NCBI GenBank assembly: GCA_051599415.1
Contig: AP039701.1
Coordinates: 248,001 to 312,000, forward strand
Length of the DNA: 64,000 nt
Reading direction: 5' to 3'
From: Savitreella phatthalungensis
Lineage: Eukaryota
Positions within the stretch are counted from its first letter, which is position 1, and each line of letters opens with the position of its first letter. The position numbers and the translations under genes were made by a program. Under the pieces are notes generated by a model that worked only from the letters and a program-made list of their open reading frames with translations, searched no databases and was not told where the DNA came from. Positions 22,126 through 31,676 of this stretch are shown in pieces.

Positions 22126-23412
22126 TTGGCAGGTGTGTCTTTGTTTCCGAGAGCTTCCGAGCTTACACGACAAGATGCGTTCGATCATGTGGTGCGAGAG
22201 GCAGAAATCATCCTCGAGACACTGTTTATAAGGTTTCCGACGAGGATTCTGTTAGCTACAGACATGTCAGCACAGCATGGCGGCGTTGTTGTGTGGACGA
22301 CCAGTCATCAGCCAATCGCCAGTCTGTTCCATCCCAGCATGGCGTTGAACCATCAAAACTATGAAATCATCAACGGACTATGGCTGCCGTACGAGTCACC
22401 TGGATTGCGATTCGTCCGAGGTATCCGGGTCGAACGCAACCACAGAGTATTCCTGGATGCGAAAGAGACTCGCACTGCTAGTCCATGGGGTCTGGAACGG
22501 ATGTCTCGAGGAACTGCTGGTGGTCCATTTCAGAGCTCGCAATCTCGATACAAGTATGACTACTTCCCGCAGCTGCAGGGACAAGGTGCTTGGCTGTATG
22601 CGTTGGACACGACTGTCAAGACCTGGCATTCAGAGTTCGGACCTGGCGACGAGAGGGTGCACGCTCCAAGGGGTATGCAATTTAGGCCGAGTGTGACAGG
22701 CGAGGGTGTCCTTGCACCTCCTGCTTCACGCCATGGCACATCCGTGCTGTCATGCGCGATCGGACAGCAGTATGGCGTGGCGCCGAAGGCCAAAGCCTTT
22801 TCAGTCACTATCACGTCAGGCAGACTCGAAGGCACAAGCGACTCCCTCTTACGAGGCTTGGCGTCCGTACGAGCCTCAATCGCTCGTATGCGGCTTGGCG
22901 CTTCTGCCGTCGTGCTTCTCGCCGGCCATCAGGGCTGGGAACGAGCAGAACCATCATGGGCATTGAGAGAAGCTTTTGGTGTTTTGATGAGAAGCAACGG
23001 CGCAATCGTCGTCACATCCGCTGGCAATATGGATGAGAACAGCTGTTTCCATTCACCTGGTGGAATGGACGAGGTAATCACTGTCGGGGGTACTGACGGC
23101 GCAGATAACTATATCACAGCTTATGGCAAAGGCCCTTGCGTCTCGGTCGCTGGGCCCGCGGCGAAGATCCGCACTGCCGCTATTCAGTGGGAGACATCGA
23201 CGAGATCGACCGAGGGGACGTCAATGTCGGCTGCCTATGCTGCCGGTATCCTCCTAACAGCATTATCGAGAGACTCTCCATTGCGACCCCACTTGAGGAC
23301 ATCGGAACATGCTCTCGCATGGCTGACTAGCGTGGCCTGGCAAGACGCTATCCAAAACGTCCCCGAAGACACTCCCAATCTCCTTCTCCGAACGATCCAG
23401 CGTGATGTCTAG
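22126..23412 (+). CDS. Divergent subtilisin-like serine protease (S8), tandem copy 2 (start uncertain)
   Basis: PWGLERMSRG, YALDT, HGTSV, SAGN, GTSMSA, TPNLLLRTIQR; first in-frame ATG 22264; possible upstream exon at 22028..22061. Confidence 0.85.
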   Translation: MAGVSLFPRASELTRQDAFDHVVREAEIILETLFIRFPTRILLATDMSAQHGGVVVWTTSHQPIASLFHPSMALNHQNYEIINGLWLPYESPGLRFVRGIRVERNHRVFLDAKETRTASPWGLERMSRGTAGGPFQSSQSRYKYDYFPQLQGQGAWLYALDTTVKTWHSEFGPGDERVHAPRGMQFRPSVTGEGVLAPPASRHGTSVLSCAIGQQYGVAPKAKAFSVTITSGRLEGTSDSLLRGLASVRASIARMRLGASAVVLLAGHQGWERAEPSWALREAFGVLMRSNGAIVVTSAGNMDENSCFHSPGGMDEVITVGGTDGADNYITAYGKGPCVSVAGPAAKIRTAAIQWETSTRSTEGTSMSAAYAAGILLTALSRDSPLRPHLRTSEHALAWLTSVAWQDAIQNVPEDTPNLLLRTIQRDV

Positions 23413-23628
23413 TCATGGCCTCAGAGTTGCCATTGCCACCTGATCTGCCGGATTCGTTTCGCATCCGTCTTAGCCGAGGTCGGTCTCCCGACGCTAGTGA
23501 TTATCAAGTTGGAAGTCGACGTCTAACGCGACATGTTAGATGGCGGCATGTCAGACGGCGACATGTTGAGTGAGTCGAGCGACAAAAGAGCGTGAGACGC
23601 CAGCAGTTCTAATTCCACTCAACACGAC

Positions 23629-24900
23629 ATGGCTGATGTACGGTTTCACAGTGCGCACACGGACGGCATTATGGTTTGGACGACTGCTTCTCGATCATTG
23701 CTATCGCTACTCCATCCCTCAACACAGATTCAGCAACGCGCAATACCGTACTCGGTCATCAATGGTGTGTGGCTGCCTTCGCTCGAAGGTCTGGAAGGCC
23801 TCATTGCGACGCGTGGAGTTCTTTTGGCAACGAACGACAAGGTTGAGTTTGATGAAGGGAAGGTCGTTGCTCGACGAGCTACTTGGCCGCTCGAGCGGAT
23901 CTCGCGCGGCCCTGTGACAAACGAACGTGAGAAAAATCGCGATCTCACTTACGTGTACGAATACTTTCCAACGCTCCAAGGACAAGACACACTGTTGTGG
24001 TCGCTCGACACCGGTGCACGTATCAAGCATCGAGAGTTTCTAACAGAGGAGGAAGCCGAGGCGAGCAACAGCAATGAACGCGGCAGGCCCGTCGCGGGGA
24101 GAGTCCAAACGCCGACTGAGCTCGCATTCATACCGGACAAGCCGAGAACGAGGCAGCTATCAAGTGATCTTTATGGCCATGGCACGGCAGTCCTGTCATG
24201 CGCACTTGGCCGGACTGTCGGAGTCGCACGACGCGCACAAGCATATGCTGTGAGAATTTCACAGGACGATACCTTGGGCGCCACGGTCGACTCAGTCCTC
24301 CGCGGCCTGGGCGGTATAGTTGAGAATTTTCAGCACGTTCCACCTCGACTCCGACATACCCCGATCATCCTGTTCCCAGCCCACCATGCCCCGCACCAGG
24401 GTCGTCCACCGTCAGAGATCCTCAGACATGCGTGGCACGTCATGATGGCGCACCACAGTGCGATCGTCGTCTCCGGCGCAGGTAACACGGAAGGTGACAC
24501 TTGTACGTACACACCCGGCGGGGTGACCGGCGTTGTGAATGTGGGATCGATGCACGCTTACGATGGGGGCACTTACGCCTACAGCAACGGTGCTTGCGTG
24601 ACGTTAAATGCTCCTGGGGTACGGATCAAGGTCGCTTCGGTCCGCGAGAGCTTCTCTACGCGATATGGGACGGGGACTTCATTTGCTGCTGCATTTGTTG
24701 CCGGGGTTTTACTGACTGCAATGTCGAGCGGATCGCCGCTGCGGGATGCGCTGATATCGTCGGAACGCGCAAGTGCATGGCTGACAGCGACCGCCTGGCA
24801 CGACGTTCTCAATCACCTTCCCCCAAACACGCCGAATCTCCTGCTCCGAAGCATGCGCACCGACGCCGGTGTCACCCCTGCCGATCCCGCGCAGCAGTAG
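23629..24900 (+). CDS. Divergent subtilisin-like serine protease (S8), tandem copy 3
   Basis: WPLERISRG, WSLDTG, HGTAV, GAGN, GTSFAA, TPNLLLRS; no signal peptide in the visible ORF. Confidence 0.85.
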   Translation: MADVRFHSAHTDGIMVWTTASRSLLSLLHPSTQIQQRAIPYSVINGVWLPSLEGLEGLIATRGVLLATNDKVEFDEGKVVARRATWPLERISRGPVTNEREKNRDLTYVYEYFPTLQGQDTLLWSLDTGARIKHREFLTEEEAEASNSNERGRPVAGRVQTPTELAFIPDKPRTRQLSSDLYGHGTAVLSCALGRTVGVARRAQAYAVRISQDDTLGATVDSVLRGLGGIVENFQHVPPRLRHTPIILFPAHHAPHQGRPPSEILRHAWHVMMAHHSAIVVSGAGNTEGDTCTYTPGGVTGVVNVGSMHAYDGGTYAYSNGACVTLNAPGVRIKVASVRESFSTRYGTGTSFAAAFVAGVLLTAMSSGSPLRDALISSERASAWLTATAWHDVLNHLPPNTPNLLLRSMRTDAGVTPADPAQQ

Positions 24901-25161
24901 ATCTCTGTTTCCGCATACGGTGTGCTTGATCATGCGCCCGCTCGACTGCCCGCCTACAAAATATCCTGTGACCCGTCTCCCACACAATCGCACCAGAAAG
25001 CCACACATCGTCAGAAACTCCGCATGACTCCCCAGGAGATCGGGCAGTAGGATAAGCGATTCCGATGGTGAAGGCTGGTAGTTGACATATATTGGTTGAG
25101 TCGCTTCACCTCGTGTGCCGCTGATATAACTTTGCTTACACAAATTTGGGAAACCATCACC

Positions 25162-26592
25162 ATGAAGCCGCGTGTAGGTAGTCTATTTTCGACCGTCGCC
25201 ACATTATACCTCTTCGCCGCTGTCGTTCGATATTCCATTGCACAGACGGATCCTCCTGCGACGCCATCATTCGCACCCACACCGGCATCCTCTCTGACTC
25301 AGACGGCCCCGCCTGCGGCGCATGAACCGGAGTCTTCCACGCGTCAAAGCGATCGCGATCGCAGACGCGGACCAGGACGACCTCCACACCGCCGTCCTGG
25401 TGGCGGTGGTGAGCTTGTTCACGAGAAGCGACCGCACTCGATGATTGCATACCGGGGCGGATACGTTGTGTGGAGTGGGTCGCTGACGTCTGTGAAGGAG
25501 CTCGTACACCCGTACCTGCGTCGCGCGGTGCTGAGTATGCGACCGTACGGGATCGTGAACGGTTTCTACCTGCGTGAGGACCGGCCTATCCTGACGTTTC
25601 TGAAGGAACACCGTGGTGTGCGGGTGGATGAGAACGGGGAGTTCGAGATGGATGAGCGGAGGACGAGAGAGGATGCGGTGTGGGCGCTCGAACGGATCTC
25701 GCGTGGCAAGTCGCGGCATCTGGGAAGGGGGAACAACCGTCATGGGTTCGCATACGACTACTTCCCGAGTCTACAGGGACAGCACACCCTGCTCTACACC
25801 CTCGATTCAGGCATCAACACCGCACACTCAGAATTCGCTCAAGGCAGAGCACACGTCCTAGCCCAACTCACATTCGTTCCGGGTCTTCGGGAGACAGAGC
25901 TGCAGGCGTACCCGGAGGATCCGACAGGGCATGGGACGGCGGTCGCGGGATGTGCCCTAGGTGCGACGATTGGCGTTGCGGGACAGGCCGAGGCATTTGC
26001 AGTGAGAGTGGCGGACGCCGATGAGAGTGCGACGCTTGATTCCATCTTGCGCGGCCTCCAGGGCGTTCGGGATCACGCGTCTACCCGATTTGAGGGAGTG
26101 CCAGTGGTCGTGGTATTTGCAGGACACGGAGGGCACTACGAAGTGCTCGAACGCGCATTTGCCTCCATGATGGCACATCAAAGCCTGATTGTGACGGCGT
26201 CCGGGAACGACGCCGTCGACGCCTGCGAGTATATGCCGGCGGCGATAGCAGGCGTGGTGGTGCTGTCGGGAAGCAATATGGTCGATTCGTTCGTACCAGC
26301 ATCTGGATATGGTTGGTGTGTATCACTCATCGCGCCTTCTGTCGGTGTCGAGGTTCCGATGCGGCGGAGCGCGGACGGGTATCGCATCGGTAGTGGGACA
26401 TCTCTGGCAGCAGGATTTGCCGCTGGCGTGCTCTTGACTGCTTTGAGTGAAGGTTCGCCAATGCGTGATGTCATGACCAGTTCTGAACGGGCTGAGCGAT
26501 GGCTTATGCAGACGGCGGAGCGCGACGCCATTCACAGGTTGCCACCAAACACGAATAACCTGCTGCTTCGGACGATCCGTAGGGAGGAATAA
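25162..26592 (+). CDS. Divergent subtilisin-like serine protease (S8), tandem copy 4
   Basis: ATG 25162, signal-like MKPRVGSLFSTVATLYLFAAVVRYSIA; Pro/Thr- and Arg-rich spacer ending EKR; WALERISRG, YTLDSG, HGTAV, ASGN, GTSLAA. Confidence 0.88.
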   Translation: MKPRVGSLFSTVATLYLFAAVVRYSIAQTDPPATPSFAPTPASSLTQTAPPAAHEPESSTRQSDRDRRRGPGRPPHRRPGGGGELVHEKRPHSMIAYRGGYVVWSGSLTSVKELVHPYLRRAVLSMRPYGIVNGFYLREDRPILTFLKEHRGVRVDENGEFEMDERRTREDAVWALERISRGKSRHLGRGNNRHGFAYDYFPSLQGQHTLLYTLDSGINTAHSEFAQGRAHVLAQLTFVPGLRETELQAYPEDPTGHGTAVAGCALGATIGVAGQAEAFAVRVADADESATLDSILRGLQGVRDHASTRFEGVPVVVVFAGHGGHYEVLERAFASMMAHQSLIVTASGNDAVDACEYMPAAIAGVVVLSGSNMVDSFVPASGYGWCVSLIAPSVGVEVPMRRSADGYRIGSGTSLAAGFAAGVLLTALSEGSPMRDVMTSSERAERWLMQTAERDAIHRLPPNTNNLLLRTIRREE

Positions 26593-26636
26593 AGTATGTG
26601 GTATTACAAGGGTTAGGACTAGGCTATTCTGACGGA

Positions 26637-29600
26637 TTAGTCTCGCAGCGCTAGCTGGAAGACGACGGTGCGGCGGGGCAGATAGGGATGCGCCATGGCG
26701 AATACTGGTTGGGATGCGCCTGGGAGCAGACGGATTTGCGATCCAGTGATGACCTGCCGGAGACTGCGCTTGTCGGCACGCCAGACCTCGATGGCTTCAG
26801 ACGACGATGCGACGATGTACTTGCCGGCGACAAGGACAGTAGACCGAGCGCGGAGCTGCCAGACAAGTGGACTGCCTGCATCGGCCGCTCCGCTGCCCTT
26901 GTAGAGCTGTCCAAACTTGTCGAGCGTGACTGCGAGCGTATCGTAGCTCAAGAGGAATTGTCCGTCCTGGAGCCTGTATGCCGCGAGCGGTCGAGCATCC
27001 GCTAGCCGCCTTAGGTCGGCGCCGTCTGTGGGGATCGACACAGGTTGCTTGCTGTCGAGCGAGAGCGTCTCGAAACCGCGTGGACATGCGATGCACAGGG
27101 TGCTCTTGAGAAATTGTAGGCTGGAGCAGTCAAGTGGGACGTAGAACTGGTCGAATTCTCGGAAAAAGTCTGTGTCCTGCCGCCGCTTGCCACGAACGGG
27201 TTCGAGGACGCGGAAGATTGAGTTGCCGGCCTCGCGCTGCTTGAAGATGACTAACAGACGGTCCTTTGACGTGCCGACTTCGAAAAAACCGACGTCGCGG
27301 TGTGACAGTCGTTGCGCTGGACGATCCATGTCTGCAAGGGCATACGCAAGTAGCATGCGGTCTGCGAGGACGAGTACGACACCGAACTCAGCGAGTGTCG
27401 CCATCTGAGTAACCTGGCGGGCCTGGATCACACGACGCCACATGTCGCTGCGCGCGTAAACGCCATTCTCCGTGCCAATCAGAACGCCGCTCGGGGTGAC
27501 TGCCGTGCAGAGAGGGGTGGGCATGATCGAGACAGGCTCTCTGGACGAGGCGATCGCTGCGGCAGCCGTGTCCTGCGCTGCGGGTGGATCAATTTTGGCG
27601 CCATGTGAAGCGGTGTAGGCATCACCTGCAAGCACAGCGAGCACGTCAACGCGCAACGGTGCGCCTGCAGCCGTCCTCTCGTGCCTTTGAGCTCGTACTC
27701 TGCGGATCGTGTCGATCCATGTCCGTCGAACCTCTTCGCTATCTGCATGGAGCTCGAGTACCTCTTCGCCATCAGCCTTATCAAATCTGCCGGCATGCTT
27801 GACGATGAAAGGGTACAGGATTTCCCGGTCATCAGTCGTGATGGATTTGCGCCGCTTGAGCGACGCCGATCGCGTGAGCGTTCCGCCCAGTCGGGAAGCA
27901 CTCGATTTATACAGGACTTCGGAGGAGTCTTCGACGACGAGGTAGTCAACTGGAATTGGCGGACGAGAAATGATGAGCTGAGAGTCACGTGACAGTTTGA
28001 GGCATAGAAGGAAGTTGTCGAGTAACACGACATCTCGCATTTGCCACTCGAGGTGAGACTCGGATTTACGCTGGAGCTCTCCCCTGAGTTCGACACGTCG
28101 CTCCGGCGAGCCAAGACCGAGGTCGCGTCTGCCGATTTTCCATACGAGATTCTCGTCGAGGTCGAGCAGGCCGATGCGGCGGTTGGCCTCAGCAACGCGG
28201 AGATCACACTCACGGCAGACGCTTCTTATCCTGTCGAGAGCAAGCTGCAGTGTGTTGTCATCTTCTTGCCGCTTAGCCACCTCGCCAAGCAGGAGAGCGT
28301 ATCTCTGTAGTCGCCTGGTCGGTAGGCCATGGAAGGAGTAGAAGGACAGCTTGTTTGTCTTGGGGTGTGCTTCGCTCTCCCGCAACCATGCCTGCACACG
28401 TGCATCTCCAAGTGAGCGTTGTCTGAAAGCCCTCTCGCTGAAACGCATCGAAGTCGCATAGTCGACATACTCGTCGCCAGCCCTTTCTATCCACTCCAGG
28501 AAGATGTCTCCAATATGCGAGATGTATGGACCCTGGCGGAATTGCCTGTGTGCAAGACGCTCTTCGAGCGATTTGGAGAGCTCCAGAATGCGCTGAATGT
28601 TGCCAAAGACAAGATCTGTGAATGCTTCATCGACACCTGTAGTATGGATCGTCCGATGGAAGACCTCGTCATATGCACGCAAGGCTGTCAAGTACTCTGT
28701 CTCTGTCCAGACTACCTCGTGCATCGCATACTGGAGCTGCACTTCGGTTGCGTGGGGTGAGTCGATCTGCCAGAACTTGAGCCAATCATGTGGCTGGTCG
28801 GTGAAGGTCACTACACGAGAGAATGGTCTTGGTGGGTGAAATGAGCAAGAGAATGCACCGCAAAGTTCGGGTATGTCTGCATCGTGCGAGAAGTAGCATT
28901 GTGTGAGTGAGGGAAAGATACCTTCTGCTGCGCTTGCCACAAATGCGATGTCACCGTTGTTCTGGTCAACGACGATAATCTCTCCTGCTTTTACGTAGGA
29001 GCGGAAGATGTCTTTGGCCAGCTGCTTGACTTGTTCTGTTCCCACGAGGGGCGAGACCAGTTTGCGGAGCGCACGAATCACAGCTCTGTCGGAATGGAGG
29101 TCGCCATCACGTAGCCAATCAAACACTGCCGATCGTGACCAGGGTGTCATGCAGGGTATATAGCGCATAGATGACCTTTTCGCACCTGGCGAGGGCAGGG
29201 CTCGCGGCTCCCATGCTTCAGAATACTGAGAAATCTCGCCGGGACTTGCAGCATATTTGTTGGAAGAGAATTGCTCCGTGTCTGTTGGTGGCGCAAGGTA
29301 CGGGATGTCGACCGGCCAAGTCACGTTCAATTGGTCCGGAGAAGCGATATCGAGAAGATTGACTTCACGTGAGGACTGCTTTGGCGCGTGGGCAAAATAG
29401 CCGGCATCTTGCTCCGTGAAGGAGTCGTATCGTTCAAGTGGTTTTCCGTAGTATGTATCTGGCGTAGGATAAGGTTCGACGGCGTAATCCACCGGTGGCG
29501 GTGGTGCATGCAATTGTGGAGCTTGCTCGCTGTAGTCAGGCTCGTATGTTTGTCCTGAATCGGGCTGAAGGTAACGATCGCCTTCATGTCCTTGATCATA

Positions 29601-30083
29601 GACGTCACTAATGTATTCTGGCTGGTAGCTGTCGTATATCTCGCGGTCGTGATGGAAGTATGGCTGTGTGTGATCGACCTGATCGTTGAGGTCATAAGAA
29701 TGCTGGTCAACAGGATATGGAAGCCCTGGTGCGTCTACATATTGTGGCGGTTTTGGCAGAGGCCTCGGTGCGTCTGGAAGAGGCCGCCATGCGTGATTCT
29801 GCTCGACCTGATGGTGATTCAGGCTTTCGGGTTCCGAGGTGTAGCTGTAGCTGTGGACGTGATGCAGCTGAGGCGGATATTGATCCGGTTGATTAATATA
29901 GTCGTGCTCGTTGTCGATATAAGAAGACTGATGCTGCTGGTGCAGTGGATATGGGTGTTGGACAGCGTCTACTTCGTGCTGCCTGTATGCGCCTGGTTTG
30001 TGGGGAATTGGTGGGGGCGCATTGGCTCTATAATTATCACGCCCTTGCTGTGCGCTCTGGCCGTATGGGTGATTATAGCTCAT
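26637..30083 (-). CDS. Rho guanine nucleotide exchange factor with DH, PH and CNH domains (Rgf3/Tus1/Rom-like)
   Basis: 1148 aa; Pro/Gln/Tyr-rich N-terminus, DH motifs EVVWTETEY, VFGNI, PTRRLQRYALLL; PH motif VLLDNFLL; CNH-like C-terminus (VLIGTENGVY, VGFFEVG, RGFETLSL). Confidence 0.9.
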   Translation of the reverse strand: MSYNHPYGQSAQQGRDNYRANAPPPIPHKPGAYRQHEVDAVQHPYPLHQQHQSSYIDNEHDYINQPDQYPPQLHHVHSYSYTSEPESLNHHQVEQNHAWRPLPDAPRPLPKPPQYVDAPGLPYPVDQHSYDLNDQVDHTQPYFHHDREIYDSYQPEYISDVYDQGHEGDRYLQPDSGQTYEPDYSEQAPQLHAPPPPVDYAVEPYPTPDTYYGKPLERYDSFTEQDAGYFAHAPKQSSREVNLLDIASPDQLNVTWPVDIPYLAPPTDTEQFSSNKYAASPGEISQYSEAWEPRALPSPGAKRSSMRYIPCMTPWSRSAVFDWLRDGDLHSDRAVIRALRKLVSPLVGTEQVKQLAKDIFRSYVKAGEIIVVDQNNGDIAFVASAAEGIFPSLTQCYFSHDADIPELCGAFSCSFHPPRPFSRVVTFTDQPHDWLKFWQIDSPHATEVQLQYAMHEVVWTETEYLTALRAYDEVFHRTIHTTGVDEAFTDLVFGNIQRILELSKSLEERLAHRQFRQGPYISHIGDIFLEWIERAGDEYVDYATSMRFSERAFRQRSLGDARVQAWLRESEAHPKTNKLSFYSFHGLPTRRLQRYALLLGEVAKRQEDDNTLQLALDRIRSVCRECDLRVAEANRRIGLLDLDENLVWKIGRRDLGLGSPERRVELRGELQRKSESHLEWQMRDVVLLDNFLLCLKLSRDSQLIISRPPIPVDYLVVEDSSEVLYKSSASRLGGTLTRSASLKRRKSITTDDREILYPFIVKHAGRFDKADGEEVLELHADSEEVRRTWIDTIRRVRAQRHERTAAGAPLRVDVLAVLAGDAYTASHGAKIDPPAAQDTAAAAIASSREPVSIMPTPLCTAVTPSGVLIGTENGVYARSDMWRRVIQARQVTQMATLAEFGVVLVLADRMLLAYALADMDRPAQRLSHRDVGFFEVGTSKDRLLVIFKQREAGNSIFRVLEPVRGKRRQDTDFFREFDQFYVPLDCSSLQFLKSTLCIACPRGFETLSLDSKQPVSIPTDGADLRRLADARPLAAYRLQDGQFLLSYDTLAVTLDKFGQLYKGSGAADAGSPLVWQLRARSTVLVAGKYIVASSSEAIEVWRADKRSLRQVITGSQIRLLPGASQPVFAMAHPYLPRRTVVFQLALRD

Positions 30084-30491
30084 GCGCTATCTTTTGACAT
30101 GATCTTGAAGGTATGTTAGGGGAAGAAGAAAGGCGACAGGGTCGGTGATGTTGAGGTATGTATAGAGTTGTGATGGATATTACAGTAGTGAGGTATCATA
30201 GTATACTGTATGGGGTATATGTTGTGCATTTATGTGATGCACGTGCATTGTTGCCGTTGAAACGTTTTGATTGTTGTTGTTGAATTGATGCAGTGTTGTT
30301 GTGTGTATAGCGTTTTGTGATTTGATATGCATTCGATCGACAGTACTCATGGTATGACTGATTGATATCTCTGAGCTGAGCTGGTGCCAGCTCTAGCTTA
30401 CATGTGTCTCTACTACCCCGAATGGAATGCTATACTGGTGTCCATTACACGACCTGCTCAGCTCATTTGACCTGAGTAGACCCCAATCTTG

Positions 30492-30549
30492 GCACTGGAT
30501 GCACAAATCTGAATTCGAATGCACTGGATGCACAAATCTGAATTTGAAT
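30492..30549. repeat. 29-bp direct tandem repeat, 2 copies
   Basis: gcactggatgcacaaatctgaatt(c/t)gaat at 30492 and 30521. Confidence 0.85.
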
Positions 30550-31205
30550 TTTGCAAACATGTGCATGTGGCGCGACTTTGCCTGTAGCCACAATTCGCTC
30601 CGTTCCACTGTCAATTGATCGTGGGAAAATGTCGAAAGTGAAGCCAGTGAATTCAGCCTATCACTCTTGTCGGGAATTCGTCCTTTGCTTTCTCCATAAT
30701 GTGTGCCTCTCTCTGTGTAATGGACTTCCCTATTGACCCTCATACAGTCAATCACTCGCTCACTCACTGTCTGAGACTATCCTCTGTAAGCCTGTGCTAG
30801 CTAGCACCTAGCCCATTCAGTCTCTCTCTCTTTCTCTCTGTCCGTTTCTCTCTCTCTTTCTCGATTACTCACTCACCTCCTCGTGCACGCTTGCAACGAA
30901 TCGATCCCACAGCGCAGGTCAGCTCAGCTCAGGTCAGGTCAATCGTCTCTCCACCACCCAACACTATCCTGCTCACTGCTAGCCTCTACACTGCACAGCA
31001 TTAGCCATTGCACCTACCTACACTACCAACACCATCACAGAGCGGTCTACCTGTCCACCCAAGCTGCCCAGGCCTTCGTAGCTTCCTCTGCCATACGATC
31101 CAGAGAGTATCCTACCTCTCAATCCTCGTCACGGCACACGCGCGCACGACGACCTCGTCCTCTTAAAAGAATACCTTAATTCGCAAAGAAGACGTATACG
31201 CAATC

Positions 31206-31676
31206 ATGCCTTCCGCACTCGTTGTTCCCGAGAAGAACACATTCCAACACATTCTCCGTTTGCTCAACACAAATGTCGACGGCAAGAACAAGATCATGTT
31301 CGCCCTGACGCAGATCAAGGGCGTCGGCAGACGTTACTCCAACCTTGTGTGCAAGAAGGCTGACGTGGACCTGAACAAGCGTGCTGGTGAGCTGACGGTG
31401 GAGGAGCTCGAGCGGATTGTCACAATCATGCAGAACCCGGAGCAGTACAAGATTCCGTCCTGGTTCCTTAACAGACAGCGCGACCCTGTCGAGGGCAAGA
31501 CCCAGCAGGTCCTTGCCAACCAGGTCGACACCAAGATGCGCGACGACCTCGAGCGTCTCAAGAAGATCCGCGCACACCGTGGTCTTCGTCACTTCTGGGG
31601 ACTCCGCGTCCGTGGTCAGCACACCAAGACGACCGGCCGTCGTGGTAAGACCGTCGGTGTTGCCAAGAAGAAGTAA
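31206..31676 (+). CDS. RPS18: 40S ribosomal protein S18 (uS13)
   Basis: 156 aa; [47 protein letters not shown]; strong codon bias; no CDS intron. Confidence 0.98.
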   Translation: MPSALVVPEKNTFQHILRLLNTNVDGKNKIMFALTQIKGVGRRYSNLVCKKADVDLNKRAGELTVEELERIVTIMQNPEQYKIPSWFLNRQRDPVEGKTQQVLANQVDTKMRDDLERLKKIRAHRGLRHFWGLRVRGQHTKTTGRRGKTVGVAKKK

